Origin: Armatimonadota bacterium
GTDB taxonomy: Bacteria > Armatimonadota > Fimbriimonadia > Fimbriimonadales > Fimbriimonadaceae
Length of the DNA: 20,000 bases
Direction: 5' to 3'
Assembly (NCBI GenBank): GCA_031400935.1
Contig: JANNQV010000051.1
Coordinates: 60,509 to 80,508 of the forward strand
Made by a program: the position numbers and the translations under genes. The notes beneath the pieces are model-generated. The model searched no databases and was not told where the DNA came from. It saw only the letters and a program-made list of their open reading frames with translations. This document shows positions 16,837 to 20,000 of the stretch, piece by piece (within the stretch, counting starts at the first letter, position 1; each line of letters opens with the position of its first letter).

Positions 16837-17253
16837 ATGACTCTACGAGAGATTGTCCACTCGCATATTCCTGTGCTTCGGCGCGATAGCACCGTAAGAG
16901 ATGCCGTTGACAAAATGGACATTTATCAGTTTCCTGGGCTGGTCCTTGTTGATGACGATGAGAAGCCAATTGGAATCTTAACTGAAGGAGACGTGGTTCG
17001 GGCTGCACATGCTAGAGGCAATGTCACGAGCCTTGCTGATGAGCCGGCAGAAGTTTATGCAACTAAGGAGCCGATCGTCCTTACTGCGGAAACAGAAATT
17101 GGAGAAGCATTTCACCGAATGGCTATGAGCGGACTCACGATTTTGCCCGTAGTTGATGAAAACAGGCTCATTGGAATGCTCTTAAGAGTTGACCTGATGC
17201 ACGCGATGTTTTTAGATGCAATCGCCCATTCGAAAGAGGGAGAAAGGTCTTGA
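16837..17253 (+). CDS. Tandem CBS-domain protein
   Basis: LVDDDEKPIGILTEGDV and LPVVDENRLIGML..DL CBS motifs. Confidence 0.88.
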   Translation: MTLREIVHSHIPVLRRDSTVRDAVDKMDIYQFPGLVLVDDDEKPIGILTEGDVVRAAHARGNVTSLADEPAEVYATKEPIVLTAETEIGEAFHRMAMSGLTILPVVDENRLIGMLLRVDLMHAMFLDAIAHSKEGERS

Positions 17254-17714
17254 GCATTCGTGAAGGCGATATTTTCCCGGCATTTCGATTGAGTGATCAA
17301 TCTGAGAGTGTATTTACTCAAGTCAGTCTTTTGGGCAAAGTCTCCGTGCTCTATTTCTATCCGAAAGACGATACATCTGGCTGAACGCTAGAAGCGAACC
17401 AGTTTCGCGACTCTTTTCTTCAGGTCGAAGGAATCCAAGTTTTCGGAATCAGTCCAGACTCTGTTAAATCGCATCAAAAGTTCTGCAAAAAACTCGATCT
17501 GCCGTTTTCGCTTTTAGCCGACATTGAACATTCGCTTTGCGAAGCTTGCGGAGTTTGGGTTGAAAAGTCCATGTACGGCAAAAAGTACTGGGGAGTTGAG
17601 CGCTCAACATTTGTAATTGGCGACGATGGAATCATTACGAAAGTCTGGCGGAAAATTGTTGCCGATGGCCATGCAAGAGAAGTGCTTAGTTTCGTAAGAT
17701 CTTCTTCAGAATAA
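17250..17714 (+). CDS. bcp: BCP/PrxQ peroxiredoxin with in-frame TGA at the peroxidatic Cys (putative selenoprotein), 154 aa if read through
   Basis: TTG start overlaps the CBS stop. Translation: MSIREGDIFPAFRLSDQ...VLYFYPKDDTSG[TGA 17382-17384]TLEANQFRD...VFGISPDSVKSHQKFCKKLDLPFSLLAD...GVWVEKSMYGKKYWGVERSTFVIGDDGII.KVWRKI...GHAREVL...*. Confidence 0.88.
17390..17414 (+). promoter_or_regulatory. Candidate SECIS-like stem-loop 3' of the in-frame UGA
   Basis: GCGAA(17394-17398)-CCAGT-TTCGC(17404-17408) stem-loop, with possible lower pairing of AGA to TCT. Confidence 0.35.
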
Positions 17715-17738
17715 CTCGTCGGTATACTTTTAACCAAT

Positions 17739-18521
17739 ATGGGTTCAAGAATCACCGCTCCGGATATTTTCAAAATGAAGGCTGCCGGGTCTAAAGTCGT
17801 GTGTATCACGGCATACGATTCTACAACGGCTCGAATTGCTGACCTTGCCGGAGCGGATCTCATTTTAGTTGGAGATTCTGTTGCCAACACGATGCTAGGA
17901 CTAGAAACAACCCTCGAAGTTGATCTTGCTGCGATGGTTCATCACACACGTGCAGTAGCAACGTCGGTTATTCACGCACTTTTGGTTTCAGACATGCCAT
18001 TTGGATCATACCAAGGCTCTAGCTCCCAGGCTGTGGATTCGGCTGTAGCACTGATGAAAGCTGGCGCTCATGCGGTCAAATTAGAAGGCGATTATACGGA
18101 AGCGATCGAAGCAATTTGCAAGGCCGGAATTCCCGTAATGGGACATGTCGGTATGACCCCGCAATCCGTTCACACATTCGGCGGATTCAAGGTTCAGGGC
18201 AAAGACAACGGAGCACAGATTCTTAATGCGGCAACGTCAATTGCCAAAGCAGGAGTGTTTTCGATGGTAATCGAATTGGTTCCTGCGAACCTGGCAATGG
18301 AAATCACCAAAGCCGTTGATTGCCCAACAATAGGGATAGGCGCCGGCCCTCATTGCGATGGAGAAATCCAAGTTTTTCACGACATCGTTGGCTTAAGCCC
18401 GAGCGTCTTTCGACATTCAAAGAAGTACTGCGAGGGCGCGTCTATCTTCGAATCTGCGATCTCGACTTATATTTCTGAGGCTCGAGCTGGCACTTTTCCA
18501 ACTGAAGAGAATTCCTTTTGA
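17739..18521 (+). CDS. panB: 3-methyl-2-oxobutanoate hydroxymethyltransferase
   Basis: TAYD, LVGDS, DMPFGSY, AVKLEG, GH.G.TPQ, TIGIGAG. Confidence 0.97.
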   Translation: MGSRITAPDIFKMKAAGSKVVCITAYDSTTARIADLAGADLILVGDSVANTMLGLETTLEVDLAAMVHHTRAVATSVIHALLVSDMPFGSYQGSSSQAVDSAVALMKAGAHAVKLEGDYTEAIEAICKAGIPVMGHVGMTPQSVHTFGGFKVQGKDNGAQILNAATSIAKAGVFSMVIELVPANLAMEITKAVDCPTIGIGAGPHCDGEIQVFHDIVGLSPSVFRHSKKYCEGASIFESAISTYISEARAGTFPTEENSF

Positions 18522-19351
18522 AAGTCGTTCGAACAATTGCTGAACTCAGAGCTGAGCTTCATGGTGAGATCGGATTTGTGCCGACAATGGGCGCATTTCA
18601 CGAGGGGCATCTCTCACTGATGAGAAAGGCAAGGGAAGTGAGCGACTTAACGGTAGTTTCGATCTTTGTCAACCCGTTGCAATTCGGAGATAACGAAGAC
18701 CTTTCCAAATATCCAAGAGATGAAGAACGCGATTTCCAAATGGCTAAAGAAGTCGGAGTTAGTATTGTGTTTGCGCCTTTAACGGAAGAATTAATCGGAG
18801 ATAACTATACAAATGTGCAGGTATCACGAATAACTGAATTGTGGGAAGGAGAGTTTCGACCTGGACATTTTGACGGAGTTGCAACTATCGTCTGTAAGTT
18901 ATTTAACATTATTGGGGAGTGTCATGCAGTTTTTGGACTTAAGGACTACCAGCAATGTGCGGTAGTTACGCAAATGGTGAAAGACCTTAATTTGCCTGTA
19001 AAACTTATTTTCGAAGAAACGACCAGAGAAAATGATGGCTTAGCATTGTCGAGTAGAAACAGGTACCTGTCTAGTTCGAATCGAGACGTTGCACCAGTAT
19101 TGTTTCGTACTTTGGAAAGTGCGCGGAATCAAATGCTCGTAGACAATTCAATTGTGCCATTTGAACAAGTACTGATCAATTCGAAGCAAGTGCTAATTGA
19201 CGCCGGATTCAACGTTGATTATTTTGCTTATGTTGATGTAGATACGCTTCAGCCCAAGGCCATTCATGACGGCAATGGAAGAATACTCGCCGCCGTCCGA
19301 TTAGGTGAATCTCGACTAATTGACAATATCGAAGTCAAACAAAGTGCTTGA
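18518..19351 (+). CDS. panC: Pantoate-beta-alanine ligase
   Basis: VPTMGAFHEGH, SIFVNPLQF, RPGHFDGV, KDYQQ, DGLALSSRN, RLIDN. Confidence 0.97.
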   Translation: MKVVRTIAELRAELHGEIGFVPTMGAFHEGHLSLMRKAREVSDLTVVSIFVNPLQFGDNEDLSKYPRDEERDFQMAKEVGVSIVFAPLTEELIGDNYTNVQVSRITELWEGEFRPGHFDGVATIVCKLFNIIGECHAVFGLKDYQQCAVVTQMVKDLNLPVKLIFEETTRENDGLALSSRNRYLSSSNRDVAPVLFRTLESARNQMLVDNSIVPFEQVLINSKQVLIDAGFNVDYFAYVDVDTLQPKAIHDGNGRILAAVRLGESRLIDNIEVKQSA

Positions 19352-19375
19352 AACTTCGACTTTGCGTGATAAAAT
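19348..19375 (+). promoter_or_regulatory. Putative housekeeping-sigma promoter TTGAAA-N16-TAAAAT with extended -10 (TG)
   Basis: TTGAAA at 19348-19353 and TGaTAAAAT at 19367-19375. Confidence 0.5.
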
Positions 19376-19432
19376 TGCAGGTGCCAAATTGAGTAAACTA
19401 GCCATTCACAAAATTGAGGAAGGAAATAAGAC

Positions 19433-19846
19433 ATGAGTAAAACAGTTCAGAGTGTCAAAAATTCATTGAAATTCAAAGTGCAGCCAAAAGTTGGCCTTCT
19501 AACAGTTCGAGTTGGGGTTAAGAAGTATGTCTTGCCAGTTGCGGCAAGAATGTTGTCTGAAGGAGGCTATATGTTTCTTTCGTTCGCAGCCACTTCAGAG
19601 CTTTTTGAGATAAAGGACAAAAAGCTAATCGCTATGGATTCGAATTCAGGCGCTGGCAATGCTTCTACCGTTCTTGTTCCGGCAAAACGTCGAGGAAGAA
19701 AGAAGGGCAAAACGCTGGATCTGCCATCCGAATTGGAAAGCGCTCTGAAAGCAATTCCTGCGGGTTATAGATTGACATTTGATCTGACGACAGGACAGCC
19801 CAGGCTCGCAAAAATGCGAAAAAAGCGTGTAACGAAAAAGAAGTAG
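19433..19846 (+). CDS. Small Lys/Arg-rich hypothetical protein
   Basis: 137 aa ORF with SD GAGGAAGGA at 19416-19424, its own promoter-like element and a terminator. Confidence 0.8.
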   Translation: MSKTVQSVKNSLKFKVQPKVGLLTVRVGVKKYVLPVAARMLSEGGYMFLSFAATSELFEIKDKKLIAMDSNSGAGNASTVLVPAKRRGRKKGKTLDLPSELESALKAIPAGYRLTFDLTTGQPRLAKMRKKRVTKKK

Positions 19847-19864
19847 TAGTTCAGAATTGAATGG

Positions 19865-19893
19865 AAAGAGAGCGCAGATGCGCTCTCTTTTTT
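19865..19893 (+). terminator. Rho-independent terminator
   Basis: AAAGAGAGCGC-AGAT-GCGCTCTCTTT hairpin followed by a T tract. Confidence 0.85.
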
Positions 19894-19923
19894 ATTTTGA
19901 ATCGAGTACAATTTGCGGCTAAG

Positions 19924-19998
19924 GCCGGAGTAGCTCAGGGGTAGAGCAGCTGTTTTGTAAACAGCGGGTCGCGGGTTCGAATCCTGTCTCCGGCTCCA
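19924..19998 (+). tRNA. tRNA-Thr (anticodon TGT)
   Basis: Acceptor stem GCCGGAG/CTCCGGC, anticodon arm GCTGT-TTTGTAA-ACAGC, GGTTCGAATCC T arm, encoded CCA. Confidence 0.96.
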
Positions 19999-20000
19999 GA

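Noticed and set aside
17382..17384. Genome-wide reassignment of TGA (code 4 or 25) as the explanation for the bcp stop
   Set aside because: TGA ends many genes here at their expected C-termini (livG, hfq, apt, panB, panC), and Trp is encoded by TGG, so any recoding must be site-specific.
17474..17890. Minus-strand 138-aa ORF and other antisense or shadow ORFs (e.g. 256-771, 1168-1701, 5472-5918, 15867-16346)
   Set aside because: They overlap well-supported genes on the opposite strand or in another frame and contain no recognisable motifs.

Overview
Gene-dense, mid-GC bacterial chromosomal window made up mostly of housekeeping genes. An Armatimonadota/Fimbriimonadia-like origin is my impression from gene style and is unverified. 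In order, it holds a partial exported copper amine oxidase (missed by the ORF track), a LURP-one/scramblase-like gene, livK-H-M-G (no livF), a TPR membrane protein, a double aspartyl-protease-PDZ protein, a family-5 UDG, an FmdB-type zinc ribbon, a secreted protein, a tandem FKBP lipoprotein, smpB, a PilZ protein, apt-OB fold-miaA-hfq-dapF, mtnP-dprA-like, a CBS protein, panB-panC, a small basic orphan and tRNA-Thr(UGU). The main hidden signal is an otherwise intact BCP/PrxQ peroxiredoxin gene (17250-17714, absent from the ORF track). Its peroxidatic Cys codon is an in-frame TGA followed by a small hairpin, so it is a candidate selenoprotein or UGA-recoded gene with a non-canonical SECIS-like element. 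Other signals are a probable CTG start for livH, TANNNT boxes directly upstream of SD-less start codons (leaderless-type expression), ECF- and sigma28-like promoters, and a shared REP-like palindromic repeat in two convergent intergenic regions.
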